Shown here one piece after another: positions 11,950 through 25,320 of a stretch of DNA of 64,000 bases. Source of the stretch: Leptogorgia sarmentosa (taxonomy: Eukaryota); the NCBI GenBank assembly GCA_964658305.1, contig OZ210885.1:22072001-22136000 (forward strand), read 5' to 3'. Every line of letters begins with the position of its first letter. Position 1 is the first letter of the stretch. Position numbers and translations under genes: made by a program. The notes beneath the pieces were generated by a model. That model was not told where the DNA came from. It ran no database searches and saw only the letters and a list, made by a program, of their open reading frames with translations.

Positions 11950-12900
11950 CCAGTTCCCAGCCATGACCAATTGGGGAAGGAAGAACTCTTAGTCCAGTGT
12001 GATGCTGAATGTAAGTTAAGATATTGGCTTGTTTGATGTGCTCTTTTAACTCCAAAGATAAACTGCATACACAAACGTATCGAATATGTCATCGTTTTTG
12101 CACATGTTTTTGCAGAAAGGCTGCCTGTACGTACACGTCCGTATCTGCTGCTTCAACCACAGGAGCAGTGTTACCAGATGCTCTAAGAGCTTTGTAAAAT
12201 GATAATATAATGGTGTCAGCTTCACAATGATCAAAGGTCAGGTCTTGCTCAATGCTATCAGATGAAATATTTACAGAGAAAGGTTTTAAAATCTTGAGAC
12301 GAGGGAAACTTGTCAGACGGCTTCATATACACATTAGGACTGCAGCCTTGCCCCTGGATACACAACTCACATTCATCATCTTTAATTGACTCATTGCGAT
12401 CGTAATAATAATTGATACAAAGTATACTAGTAGCAGCTGCATGACGAGCAAGGATCGAGCTGATAATTTTGTTAGTGTAATCACTCCATATAAACAGACC
12501 CATCATTCTTCTCATGATCATCAACTGTCTGTGATGCAAGTTGCCATATCATCCCCATATCAACCGGTGCAATGTAGCTGGTGATTTCAATTGGTTGTTG
12601 TATCAATTTCTCAACTATCTTGCTCTTCTGCATTTTTCTGAATGTACCTTCACCAGTAAACAGAGGAAGAGACTCTTCAGTGATGCAGTGTTTCATAATA
12701 TCAGAAAGAGATATTATTATACTGCCAACAAGATTAACTACAGATGCCAATGCTCTGTTCTCCATTTCTCCTTGCCAAGATTATTTGAATTTCTTGTGTT
12801 AGTCATCAATTGCTTCTCATTTCGAAGGACGGACAGCCAGCCAGCTTTTAAAGGAAGTAATATTTCTGAACAACAATCACATGTATATCTCGCTTCTGTA
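11950..12900 (-). pseudogene. Academ-type transposase/XPG-linker fragment (decayed)
   Basis: SLPLFTGEGTFRKMQKSK..VDMGMIW..YD..SIKDDE parallels ISLADTNGKLRTGQK..IDGMALV..FDRY..SIKAGTR in the Academ at 30574-37535. Confidence 0.6.
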
Positions 12901-14238
12901 CAATTTCTTCAGGTGCAATTTTAATGATTAGATCCTTAAAATTTTCAGATGTACCAAACTTTTGGAATCAAAAGCTGTAAAAGGACATTGGCAACGAAAA
13001 TTTTTATTCACTATATTGGTAGACTATTCCTACGGAATACTTAATTTCCTAGTATGCTGCCGAACACGTTTAGATGCTGAGCAAAATTGATGAAAATGTT
13101 CAACAGTCGTCTGCCATTTTGAAGAAAACCGTGTATGCTAATTTATGCAGAATTTATGATGTGATGTCATAAGATGGGTTCGATGCAAAATACAACTATA
13201 CGGACCATATGACTTTTATTCTAAAATCATTTTAGCGAAAAAATACTGATAAACCGCCAAGAATTTAAAGTCGTTGCGTAGTATTAGCTGTCTGCTAATA
13301 TTTTTACGAAATTATTTGAAACATACGTGTGTGTTTGCGCTCGTAAAACGAGCTAAGACTGTGACTATATACTTCTCAGACAAAACATATTTACCTCGAT
13401 ATTTACAACATGCACGCATCAACACATATTATATATTGTATTGTAGTCTTTGTAACTCGTTATTGTCTGTAAGAAACTCTATACTATAACTTACTGTATG
13501 ATTATACAGGCGAATTCTACCGATAGTCGGAATCGAAAATGCACTGAAAATGCTTGTTTGTATCACTGGGTTGAGTTCGTAGTGCTGCATATCAGTTGAG
13601 TGCATATCACTTGAGTGCATCTTATTTACAGCCGGTTTCCAAAAGATATAGTGATATATCCGTATTGATGTGATATATGTTATATCTATTTCATGGCTAG
13701 AATTGCTTAGATTCCCTCGCGCTTTTGGCTCAAATAGGTGGTGTAGTATCGCTACAACTCGATTCTCGTGAATGTTTTTCATTGAAATAGTTTTCCATAG
13801 AAATTTTCCATTGAAACTAGACCACTCGATACAGAACACCATACAAAACTGCGCAAGATATAATTTTTTGAGCAGAACTCTGGCGAAAGCCTACCACATG
13901 GCCTTAGAGACATCCCGATGAATGATTGGGGTGCTTTCATTTTCACCAAGCATATGGCTATTGTAAACATGTTTCCAAAATAGCTAAATTGCATCCTGTC
14001 CAGCCCCGGTACCTTTGCCCATCTCTTCGTCTCTAGGATCGATGATTTTTACATTTATGAATTTGTTTAAGATGTTACTAACCGAAAAATACTGGAGAAA
14101 GTTGGACAAAAATGCTTAACATGAGTTCTATGAATAACTAACACCTCATTCTCCACTTCTTCCAGTGGAACTACAGGTATTGCAAAAATTGGCTGTTCAT
14201 AACACTCTAGAAATCATTCATTCACCTTTCTGCATCCC

Positions 14239-14897
14239 CATAGGCGTACGGGCACATTTTTTTGGGGGGGGCTGGGCTGAATTTGCCCGAATTACATGAC
14301 GTCATAGATTTCGTGACGTCATCATAATATTATATAATCTGAGAATACTATAAATGAAAAGCTTTCCTTTGAAAATTGATATAAAAAGAAATATGTCGTC
14401 CCCAGTGGCGTATCCAGACCTTCATTTTTGGGGGGGCGAAGCAAACGCGGAATTCGCGATGGCATCCAGGGGGGTCCAGGGGGATTCTCCCCCGGGAAAA
14501 TTTTGAAATCTGGAGTCCATCAATGGCGATTTAGCGTGTTTCTGGGGTGAGATTTGTGAAAATGTTTGGATTGAAATTGGTAGTCACCTGGGTAGTCATC
14601 GCCCCCCCTAATTTCTACCCGGATTTCATCTTTTTACGGCGCAGTCCTTCAGCCTTTTAGGGGGGCTGAGCCCCCCCTTGTCTATGCCACTGGTCGTCCC
14701 TAGCCATTTCAATTATAAGCTAAATATATTCATTACGATTTACAGAGAAAGAGAAAGTTACTAGCATAACAACATTTTATCTAATCACCAGACCGTCGCT
14801 GCCCAAATGACAACACAATTTTTGCCCGAATAGATGAATTCTCAAAAAATTTGGGGGGGCTGCAGCCCCCCCAGCCCCACCCCCTCGTACGCCTATG
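14239..14897. mobile_element. Non-autonomous hAT-like MITE, 8-bp TSD
   Basis: Terminal inverted repeat (TIR) CATAGGCGTACG / CGTACGCCTATG; TSD TGCATCCC at 14231-14238 and 14898-14905. Confidence 0.92.
14403..14692. mobile_element. Second hAT-like MITE nested in the first, 8-bp TSD
   Basis: TIR CAGTGGCGTA / TATGCCACTG; TSD GTCGTCCC at 14395-14402 and 14693-14700. Confidence 0.92.
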
Positions 14898-15649
14898 TGC
14901 ATCCCCACCTGGCTTGAAAATACTTTACTTGTAGTAATAATAGATAGGCATTCAATAAACCTATTAAGTTAATTGTATCAGTTGCAGCCTTCTTGAGTTT
15001 GTCAGGAGTTCAGTCTTACATTTTGAGAAACTTTGTTAGTTTCAGGGATCCAACTTAAATCTAGATAAATCATAAAAATAAATCTAAAACTTAACTCGAT
15101 ATTCTACTGTATTAGTATGGTGGCCCACAAGTGCAACACAAATATATTTTAAATACATAAATACATTGTAAAACACAAATATATTTTAAAACACACAAAT
15201 AAATGTTAAAACACCACTCTCCTCCGCAGAGGCTTTGATATTTTTAAATTGTAATGTAATTTACTAATTTTCGTAAACTAACTTACTAAAATTCGTAATT
15301 TTCACTAATGCTTACATGAAGTTTTATGATGTAAGTAAGAAGGGTGCAGAGTGAAAGGAAGGGACGAAGAAATGAAAGATGCCTCTGCCATATAATGTAA
15401 CATTTTGCGAGCAACAGAGCAACATGACTTTCAATTGAAACAATTGAACCATTTAATACCGCTGATACCTAGCATGTCATGTAAAGTTTTGACTTACTTT
15501 GTAACCAATCTAAGTTAGACAAGTACTCCCTCGAAAAAAGGCAAAGAAACTGGTGAGTTCTTTCTATTTTTTTCCACCTAAATGTAAATACATCATTTGG
15601 TTATGTTGTATCCTACCAAACATGAACTGAGGAGGGTAGATTGTAGATT

Positions 15650-17663
15650 GGTATGATACCACACCAGCACCGAAGAATCATGGGTGACATTTCATCATGT
15701 CAGGAATAAGTTAAAGACTGCAATTCGCCGGGCACGTGAGATCTTTACCAAACAAGCATTATCTTCTAATAAGCCTAAGGAGGTGTGGCGTATTATACAT
15801 CGTATTTTAAATCCAAGTCAGAAGCCATTGTGGTTTGACCCTAATAACTTAAACGATTTCTTCACTTCAACAACAGCGAGAACGCTCTCCAACAACAATG
15901 ATACACCACAGTACCTGGCAGAGTTTGTAGATAACCTTCCTGATGACACCGAGGGCTTATTCAAACTTTGTGAGGTGTCCTATGGTGAGGTCCTCAATAC
16001 AATCAAAACATTAAGATCTGATACTTCAACTGGCCCAGATGGCATTCCTGTAAAGTTTGCCAAACTTGTGGCTGAGTTAATCTCTGGTCCTATTGCATCC
16101 ATCATCAATAACTGTATAAGAACTGGTTATTTTCCTGAGGCATGAAAGAAGGCGAGGATTAGTCCAATCCCCAAAATTGACAATCCCAAGCTTGAAGAAC
16201 ATTTACGACCCATTTTGATACTCCCGACTTTGTCTAAGGTCTTCGAGAAACTTGTTGCTGTACAAATGACTTCTTTCTGCAAAAATGAATCTGTCCTTGG
16301 GGCCACAGTATCTGGATTTCGTAAGGGACATTCAACTGTGACGGTACTAATGAGTATTCGCGATGATTTGTTGAGAGCAATGAAGAAAGGCGAGGTTACT
16401 CTTATGGTGATGGCAGACTTCACTAAAGCATTCGATACGGTCCATTATAAGACCCTCATAGCAAAACTGTCATCTCTTGGATTTTCGAAGACCTTCCTGC
16501 GGTGGTTAATTAACTATCTAAGTGAGCAATCACATTTGTTCAAATTGACAATCGGGTATCGGACCCAGCTACTGTTCGCTTTGGTGTACCACAAGGGTCT
16601 ATATTGGGGCCAATGTTATTTAATCTATATGTGTCTGACCTGCAAGATCGTTTACCCTCCTCAGTCACTACCTCTCAGTATGCAGACGATACACCCATAT
16701 ACTCAAGTTCCCGTCCTGCTGAACTCCATAAAAGTGCAGAAGAGTTGAACTCCTCGCTGAACATTGTGAGTGCCTGGTCTAGTGAGTCCAACCTGGCTCT
16801 CAACCCTAATAAGACAAAAGCTATGTTGTTGTCTACACGCCAAATGTCTCGGGTTCATGGATTAGATACAAATCGTCCCCCTGTTCGTATTTCAAGTAAT
16901 GTTTTAGAATATGGGGAGGTCTGCAAATTGCTTGGAGTACATTTTTACAAGAACCTGAAATGGGACGAACAAGTTAAAGCTATCTGCAAAAGTTGTTACG
17001 CTACAATTCGAATTCTGAAGAAGATTCAAAATTTCACGGATTTTAAACTCAGGAAACAGTTAGCTGAATCATTAGTGCTTTCAAAACTAATCTATTGTGA
17101 TACTGTTCTTTACCCATTACCAGATTTTCTCCTCAAGCGTCTACAACGCATCCAGTTTGCTGCTGTCAGTTTTATCCTGGGACGCTATGTAAATACTACA
17201 GCTGATCTTTTGAAACTAGCCTGGTTGCGTCTAAAAGAACTCAGAGATTACTCTCTGCTTAAATGTGCTTACAAAGCTATTCATTTTAACAACTGGCCTG
17301 TTTATTTAAACTGCAAATAGTTCAGCCGGTTAGAAATGTTAGATCTACTATAGCTCTGAGGTTAGTTACGCCACTGACCACAAATACATTTCAGCATTCG
17401 GCTTCAAAGATATTTAATTCTTTGCCAACTGAGATAAGAAACTGTTTGAACTACAAACAATATTGCGCTCTTTGTAAGAACTTCCTTCAAGAGCGTGCTG
17501 TCTCTTCATTGTAAATTTTTGTAAAATTTTTAAATACTAAGATTAGCATATAGTAATTTTAATATAGTTATTAATATAGTTAGTGTATACTCTTATGAAT
17601 GTAATTTTATCATATGAAGAGCCTTTTTAGTGGATACTCTGATAATAAATTATTATTATTATT
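15650..17663 (+). mobile_element. CR1/L2-group LINE, 3' part: RT (stops and frameshifts), 3' UTR, (ATT)n tail
   Basis: GPDGIP, RPILILPTLSKVFEK, SGFRKGHST, DFTKAFDTV, GPMLFNLYV, QYADDT. Ends AATAAATTATTATTATTATT. Confidence 0.93.
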
Positions 17664-17693
17664 GTTGGTTTTGAATCAAATCTTGAAAATAAC

Positions 17694-18720
17694 TAGTAGG
17701 GTCAATATTTGGAGTTTCGTGACCAACCTCCAGCTAGTAAAGTTTCATGATTTATTTTTGTTCTTTAGGGTATTTATAACAAAATAAGCTTCCATGCCGG
17801 TCTGGGAAATTTGGGCAACAAATTATTTTACCCTCTGTAGAGGGTAAAATAAAATACAGCAAATGGTGGCCATTTTGAATATATAATTTTTTCAACATTG
17901 TGGTATTATTTGATTACTGTTTGTTCGAAAATACCTTTTTTAGTAATTTGAGACAGAGAAATACATTTCTAGGATTATTAATGTTATTAAATATATCCTT
18001 CTATTATAATATACAATTTGGTGTTTGAATGGCAAATGTCTATGTACATAATGATATGTGTTCTTTAATTTTTTCTCAGCCATACTCATCTAAGGAGATG
18101 TCCACATCACTGTTACTGTCAGATTTCTCAGTTTCATACTCCGAGTCTGAGCAATCGCTCAGTTCTGGAAGTGGTGGGATTTCAAATGTAGGGGGAAGGC
18201 ATGGTTGTGTATGTCGTACTGGTTTACAGCTCCCGTTAACCAGTTCCCAACCATGGCCAATAGGTGAAGGATGTACTTTCAGTTCATGGTGGCGCTGAAT
18301 GTAAGCCAAATAATTGGCATGCATGATGTGTTGCTTTAGACTATCAAAGTCAGGAGGGATGCGCATCAGGGATTTCTTCTTTTGCCCTTTCCACTTGACT
18401 GCTCGGGCTGAATTTGGAGAGGAACTGCGTGAATCACTGTACACAAATCGTATAACATACGAAATCAGTTCGTTTAAAAAGGTCCTCCTGTAAAGGAAGG
18501 CTCTCTTTGCATTTTGAAAGCTTTTTACGGGCTTCGGAGCTTTTTGCCATTTTGTCGTATAGCGTCGTTTTTCCATAGCCATAAAAACAGCTATTAGCAT
18601 CAGAGCAAGTCATGACATGAAACTGGATAAGACATTTTGCGATCTCTTCGTCCGTCCACATGCCTCGACAAAAAAAGTGCATCCTTTTTCTTTATGCATA
18701 TAACGCAAGGGACATCATGT
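17694..18720 (-). mobile_element. Academ-type element, 3' end fragment (XPG-like C-terminus)
   Basis: FHVMTCSDANSCFYGYGK (compare FHALTGCDTTS) and IPPDFDSLKQHIMHANYLAY..PSPIGHGW. Candidate TAG terminus at 17694. Confidence 0.6.
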
Positions 18721-19089
18721 CAAATGGCAGAAGGCTGACCCAAACATTAAACACTAACCCGAACCATAAACACTGACCCTAACATTGAACACTAACTCGA
18801 ACAGTAAACACTAATATATATTATTGTAAGCACAAATAACTGTTTGTTTACGCTTATAGTGTACCGTTGGCTTTTGAAGAAAGCGTATTGTTTTTGCATG
18901 TTTAGTGTGCAGTTGGTCTTTAAAGAACGAGATATAAAAACAATATGCATAAGTAAATGCATAATTATTTTCACTTGATTTAATTGTATTAGGAAACGCA
19001 TGCTTTTTGAATAATCACAGGAAAATCGCATTTAAGTTGGTATCATCATATCATGAAAAAATAGATGTCGGCAAGGCTTCTTTAAATAT

Positions 19090-19490
19090 TTTGCTATATT
19101 ACATTACGTCATTATTCTCACTTTGTATCATCGTATCACGAAAAATATACCTTGCCCAGGACCTTTCAGCTTGCTCAGACTTACTATATATTACATCATT
19201 ATTCTCACTTTGTATCATCGTATCACGAAATAATATACCTTGCCCAGGAACTTTCAGCTTGCTTGGATTTACTATATATTATGTCATTATTCTCACTTTG
19301 TATCATCGTATCACGAAAAAATATACCTTGCCCAGGACCTTTCAGGTTGCTTGGATTTTCTATATATTACATCATTATTCTCACTTCGTATCATCGTATT
19401 ATCGTATCACGAAAAAATATACCTTGCCCAGTACCCTTCAGCTTGCTCGGATTTTCTATATATTACGTCATTATTCTCACTTCGTATCAT
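19090..19490. repeat. 88-bp tandem repeat, ~4.5 copies
   Basis: CTTGCCCAG recurs at 19151, 19239, 19327 and 19423 (last unit has an 8-bp insertion). Confidence 0.93.
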
Positions 19491-19547
19491 GATAACGAAG
19501 TATCAAAGTCATAGTTTCAAAAGTGGACGGGTATTCTATAATCTAGC

Positions 19548-20161
19548 CTAAAACTCTACCAGGCATATTTGTGATTTCATGTGTAAAACTGTTATTCCAC
19601 CAGATGAATGGTTATTGGTTTTTGAGACAAGATTATCAGAGCAGGTGAATGATTTGTTTGTTAGGGTCTGGCTATTGTTTTTCCCCCCACATTCTTCAGG
19701 TTCCTCTTCTAGATGTTTTGTGGATGGTCGTGTTGTTTTTGTAACTTGTGTTGCCTGATGGGTTGTATTGCTTGCTTGTGGTCTTTTCTCATGTTGCTTG
19801 CTTGTGTTGTTTCCTTGTGAACCTTGTGTTGGTTGCTTTGGTTGGTTGCTTGTGTTGCTTGAACTTCTTGACTGTGTTGCTGATGTTTGCTTGCATTGTT
19901 GCTTTCTTGTGTTGCTGTTCTTTGCTTCATTTGGTTGCTTTTGTTCATTGTTTGTATTACTAGCACTATCATCTCTTATTTTCTTGTTAATTGATGTAAT
20001 TGCCTCTTCAATATATTGCTCGTCTACATTTGGGATGTTCTTTGAAGATGGCCTCCTTTGCCACTTTACCCAATACTTCAATATTGCTTTCCAGCAACTT
20101 CTTGCATAAAGGACAGTAAGTGAGGTTTTGCAGGCATTTGTCATGGAACGAGTGCCAGCAG
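19548..20161 (-). pseudogene. C-terminal part of the Academ-like ORF split by the Gypsy (second half of RING finger, Q/T/N-rich tail)
   Basis: GCWHSFHDKCLQNLTYCPLC joins in frame to 25445 across the TSD CCTTG. Confidence 0.7.
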
Positions 20162-20354
20162 CCTTGTCTAGGATATTTAGTATAATAAGTGGAAACACGG
20201 TGTAAATATAAGGCCGAGTTGGCGGCCATTTTGGGGACAATATATTTATTCGTAGAGTGTGGTTGAGTTACCATTGGTTCAATCCGTTTTGGTTAGATTC
20301 TACAATTGGCGACGAGGATGTTCTGAAGAGTTTAAACTATAACTTTAAACGATA

Positions 20355-23300
20355 ATGAGTTCAAAAGAGTTTGATATTGGAGGATTTCGACCGTTCGATG
20401 TGAACAGTGATCCGAACAGTGTCGGGTCTGAATGGAAAAGATGGCTTCGCAGTTTTCAGTTGTATGCTGACGGTAAAGGACTTATTATCAAAGCAGACAA
20501 AGACGACAATAAGATACGGCGATGAGCACTTTTACTTCATTGTGCTGGATCAGATGTCCAAGATATTTTTGATGTTTTGCCTGATACGGGGGGCACAAAA
20601 GAATACGAGAAGGCTGAAGAAGCATTAACCAGACATTTTGTCACACAAGTCAATGTTCCGTATGAGCGACATATGTTCAGAGAAATGGCACAGAATGAAG
20701 ATGAAACGATTGATCAGTTTGCTGTACGATTGCGACGAAAAGCCCAGCAGTGTGATTATGGAGATCAGCTAGAGTCTCAGATCAGGGATCAAATCATATC
20801 CAAGTGTCGGTCGAGTGATCTGCGCAGAAAGTTTCTGGAGAAGGGTCAGACGCTTAATCTTCAACAATTACAAGAGATAGCGAGAACATCTGAAGCTGTG
20901 AAAAGACAAGCAAAGAGTATGAGTGGCCACAGTGGTCACAGTGATGGGGTGAGCCGAATTTCTGAAAGGCCTGGTCGACAAGACAGACGTGAGAGGAAAG
21001 GTGAGAAAAGTGGAAATTTTAAGAAAGGTGGTGAATGTTTTCGATGCAGAAAATTGGGACATTTTGCCAGAGATTCCAGATGCCCTGCAGGAGGAAAGGA
21101 ATGTTCCAAGTGTCACCAAAAAGGTCATTATGCTGTTGTATGCAAAACCAAAAGTAAAGATCAAGGAAAACCAAAAGTGAATTTGGTAGATGAAGAAGAT
21201 GAATACGCCTTTATTGTTAATGAAACATTGGATACGGGGAAGATGACAGTGTCGGTTGGAGGTATTCAATTAGAGATGGTCATTGATTCCGGAACGAGCA
21301 CAAATGTCATTGACAAACATCTGTGGGAAGATTTAAAGAAAAAACACATTAAATGTACCTCGAAGAAAACCATAAAGAAACTGTATTCCTATGGATCAAC
21401 AACTTCTCTTATGGTCATAGGAACTTTCACAGCAGATGTTAATGTTGCTGATAGGCACGTGACAGCAGAATTCACAGTTATCGATGGAAAGGGGGAGCCG
21501 TTGTTGGGAAGGAAGACAGCAATTGAGCTTGGAGTCCTAAAGTTGAAAAGTCCAGAACAGTTTGTGAACAATGTGACTGATCGTGTGGCAAGACATAAAG
21601 CTTTGTTCGAAGGCATTGGAAAACTCAAAGGGTATAAAATGAAGTTGCATATTGATCCGCAAGTTCGACCAGTTGCACAATCTGTTAGGCGAACTGCATT
21701 TAGCCTGAGAGGGAAGATTGAAGAAAAACTTGATGAGCTACTTCGGGAAGACATTATTGAGAAAGTTGATGGGCTGACCCATGGGTGAATCTAGTTGTGG
21801 TGGTGCCGAAGGCAAATGGTGAGGTCAGGTTATGTGTGGATATGCGGTGTGCCAACAAAGCAATTATAAGGGAGAGACACCCGATTCCAACCATTGATGA
21901 AATACTCGAGGATATGCAAGAGGGTGGTGTATTCAGCAAGTTAGATCTCAAGTGGGGGTACCACCAGATAGAATTAAGTGAAGAATCCAGAAGTATCACA
22001 ACTTTCGTGACGCATAAGGGTTTGTTCAGATACAAGAGGTTGATGTTCTGTATGAGTTCAGCACCAGAGAAATATCAACAGGTGGTTCAGCAAGTGTTGC
22101 AGGATTGCAGGGGGACAGCCAACATATCTGACGACATTATAGTGTATGGTTGTAGTCAAGCCGAACATGATAAGCGACTGGAAAAAGTGCTCACAAGGCT
22201 CGAGGAAAGAGGCTTAACTCTAAACAAAGAGAAATGCGTTTTCGATATGCCAAAGCTCACTTTCATGGGTATGCTCCTGTCAAGTCATGGTATTAATCCT
22301 ACAGAAGAAAAAGTTAGAGCGGTCGTGGAAGCTCGGGAGCCGTGCAGTGTAACAGAGGTGAAAAGTTTCTTGGGCCTGGTGAATTTCAGTGCAAGATTTA
22401 TTCCAGATCTTGCAACTGTTGCAGAACCACTGAGACGACTGACAAAGCGAGGAGTACCATTTGTTTTTGGTCCTGAGCAGCAAGAATCGTTTAGAGAACT
22501 AAAACGTAGGCTTGCACAAGCAGAAACTTTGAGTTATTTTGATTGAGACACGAAGACCAAGATAGTTTGCGATGCAAGTCCTGTTGGGCTGGGAGCAGTT
22601 CTATTACAAGAACACAAAGGAGAGGATCGAGTCGTTTGTTATGCCAGTAGAGGTTTGACGGAGGTCGAAAAACGGTATTCGCAGACTGAAAAGGAGGCGT
22701 TAGCCGTGGTGTGGTCGTGTGAAAGGTTCCATGTCTATTTGTATGGTAGACAGTTTGAACTGTGGACTGACCATAAACCGTTAGAATGTATTTATTCAGC
22801 TCGTTCTAGACCATCAGCGAGGATCGAGAGATGGGTTTTGAGACTGCAACCGTATGTGTTTACAGTGAAGTACCTGCCGGGGCATTTAAATGTTGCAGAT
22901 TCGTTGTCACGTTTGACAAAGATTGGAGGAATGAAGTCCGGGAGTGTAGCTGAAGATTATGCTAATTTTGTTGCAAAGACAGCAATTCCCAGAGCCATGA
23001 ATTCCAGAGAAATTGAAAAAGCGTCTTCTTGCGAAGAAGAATTAAAGATCGTTCAAAAATGTATTGAGACAGGGAACTGGGACAGTCCCCAGTGTTCCAG
23101 TTACAAGTCAGTTCGTGATGAACTTTGTGTTGTCGGAAACGTTATCTTGAGAGGTACACGGATAGTGATACCACAGAAACTTCGACCAAGAGTGATTAAA
23201 TTGGGCCATGAGGGTCATCAAGGAATTCTCAAGATGAAACAACGATTGCGTACAAAAGTCTGGTGGCCGGGTATGGATAAAGAAGCGGAAAAGTTCTGCA

Positions 23301-24330
23301 AGACATGCCATGGATGTCAAGTTAGAGACCTAGTAATCCAGAGCCTTTGCAAATGACAGAATTACCCCAGGGTCCATGGCAGGATATTGCTATCGATTTC
23401 ATGGGTCCATTGCCTTCAGGAGATTATGTGTTTACTGCAACTGATTACTACAGTAGATACGTAGAGGTGGCTATTACGAAGAGAAATACGGCTGAAGTTG
23501 CGGTTAGAAGCTTGGAGAATATGTTTGCAACCCATGGCCTACTGTGGACAGTGACAAGTGATAATGGTCCTCATTTTGTTGCAGAGACGTTCGAATCATT
23601 CCTGCAAGAGAACGGAATTGAACACAGGAAGACAATGCCGTTGTGGCCGCAAGCAAACGGTGAGATCGAACGCCAGAGCAGATCTTTACTCAAGAGGATG
23701 CAAATAGCAAGAGTTGAAGGACAAGAATTATTTTTGGAATACACCTCATCCAACGACAGGAATGTGTCCTGCTGAATTAATGTTCAGAAGAAAATTGAGA
23801 ACTAAGCTTCCAGAGTTGAGAGAAAATGTTAGATTGGATGAAGAGGTTCGTGACAAAGACAGAGAGAAAAAGGAGAAAATCAAAGGTTATGCGGACAAAA
23901 GAAGGAATGCAATTTATCTGAAGGAGACGAAGTGTTGGTGAGACAGCAGCGCGTCAATAAGTGGACAACAGCGTTTGCAAATCAACCCTATCAAGTGATT
24001 AATAAACACTGGAACAGTGTAGTGGTTGAGTCACCCGAAGGTGTTCAGTATAAAAGAAACACCACTCAAGTGAAACCGTTCCAGGAAAGAGAAGGTGGTT
24101 CAGAAGGAATAGAAACGTCACCGACAGCACCTGAAGCAGAAGAAAGTGTTCGACAGCAAGCGGGGGGAGAAACATCGCCCGAGGAAGAAACATTGTCGCA
24201 AGGTGACAGTGGTGGACGGGTTTCAAATGAAGACTGTAACCAAACAGCAGAAACTGTGCCTGTCAAATCCCCGAGACCTGTACGAACCAGACGTGCACCA
24301 AAAAGATATGACGATTATGTTATGAAATAA
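20355..24330 (+). pseudogene. Gypsy gag-pol (gag, two CCHC knuckles, protease, RT, RNase H, integrase)
   Basis: CFRCRKLGHFARDSRC, CSKCHQKGHYAVVC, IDSGTST, KLDLKWGYHQI, ISDDIIV, YSQTEKEALAV, WTDHKPL, H-x3-H..C-x2-C, SDNGPHF, QANGEIER. Order PR-RT-RH-IN. Confidence 0.93.
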
Positions 24331-24484
24331 ATATTTAGGTTTATTGTTGATGAACAATTTGCATTTAGGATAGTTAGATAAAAGTAAGAAACATTGTAGA
24401 TATAATTTAGCATATTTAGTGAACGATTTGAAAAACTTTAAAAAAACATTAGAAAAAGAAAGGGATGTAGCATATTTAGTATAA

Positions 24485-25320
24485 CTAGGAGTTACTATCG
24501 CAAGGAAAGTGCTGCCGTAACGCACAAACTGTAAAATTCCGGCTGGGTTATAAAATACCCGTCTACTTTTGAAACTGTTTAACGATACGAAGTCAAATTA
24601 ATTGCGTAATGTAATAAATATAGCCGAGTTTTCAAAAGCCTGGGCAACATGCATTTTTAAGTCATACGATCGATGACAGAAGTGAAATGTGATACAGCTA
24701 TTTCAATTAGTTGTCGCGACAATAAGCAGGGCCAATATACGAGGAAGAATAAGCCGCGGATAAAATAAGTCGCGAACGTCTGTATAATAAACGCACAATT
24801 TCTTTGCGAATAAGGCGCGGCTAATTTTTGCCCAGGGTTCGTGAAATACCGTATAAAAGATTACGTTCGCGACTTATTTTAGCCGCGGTCTTTTCTTCCT
24901 GGTATAAATAGCGTTAATAGGTCAATGTAAAATGTACAATATACAATACACGAAAGGAATACCAGAAATTCTGGCTATAAAAGTTGTCTAGAGGCAGTAT
25001 TGATACGGAGAACTCATAGATTACGCTTTATCTACTACAGTTCCTCCGTTATTCCTTTCACGTAATTGGGACATATTTTTACGTTGAAATTTCCGATCGT
25101 TTGTGTAAATTGTAAAACATGAGCACATGGAAGGAAACCTGCGTGCGCACTAGGTATTTTACGTGAACATTCACTCCCCCACATATTCATCTGTCCACTG
25201 TCATCCCGGAAATGGAGAACCGAGAAAAGATCGACTTTTCGACAATACATAGCTCGGCGTGGAAGACTGGGTCCAGTGACGTCAAGAATAGTGTGCTGCC
25301 TCGCTGGCGCTCGGCAGCAA
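24485..25320. mobile_element. 836-bp insertion in the Gypsy 3' LTR, Helentron/Helitron-like non-autonomous element
   Basis: Absent from the 5' LTR (TATAA|TAAGTGG). Starts CTAG and ends with the hairpin TGCTGCCTCGCTGGCGCTCGGCAGCA. AA on both sides and no longer TSD. Confidence 0.6.
24735..24906. mobile_element. Small palindromic MITE inside the LTR insertion
   Basis: TATACGAGGAAGAATAAGCCGCGGATAAAATAAGTCGCGAACGT is mirrored by ACGTTCGCGACTTATTTTAGCCGCGGTCTTTTCTTCCTGGTATA. Confidence 0.75.

Noticed and set aside
15115..15215. TATGGTGGCCCACAAGTGC followed by AAACACAAATA repeats as a transposon end
   Set aside because: No partner terminus or TSD found.
19090..19490. CRISPR-like array
   Set aside because: Head-to-tail units without unique spacers, eukaryotic context, no cas genes.
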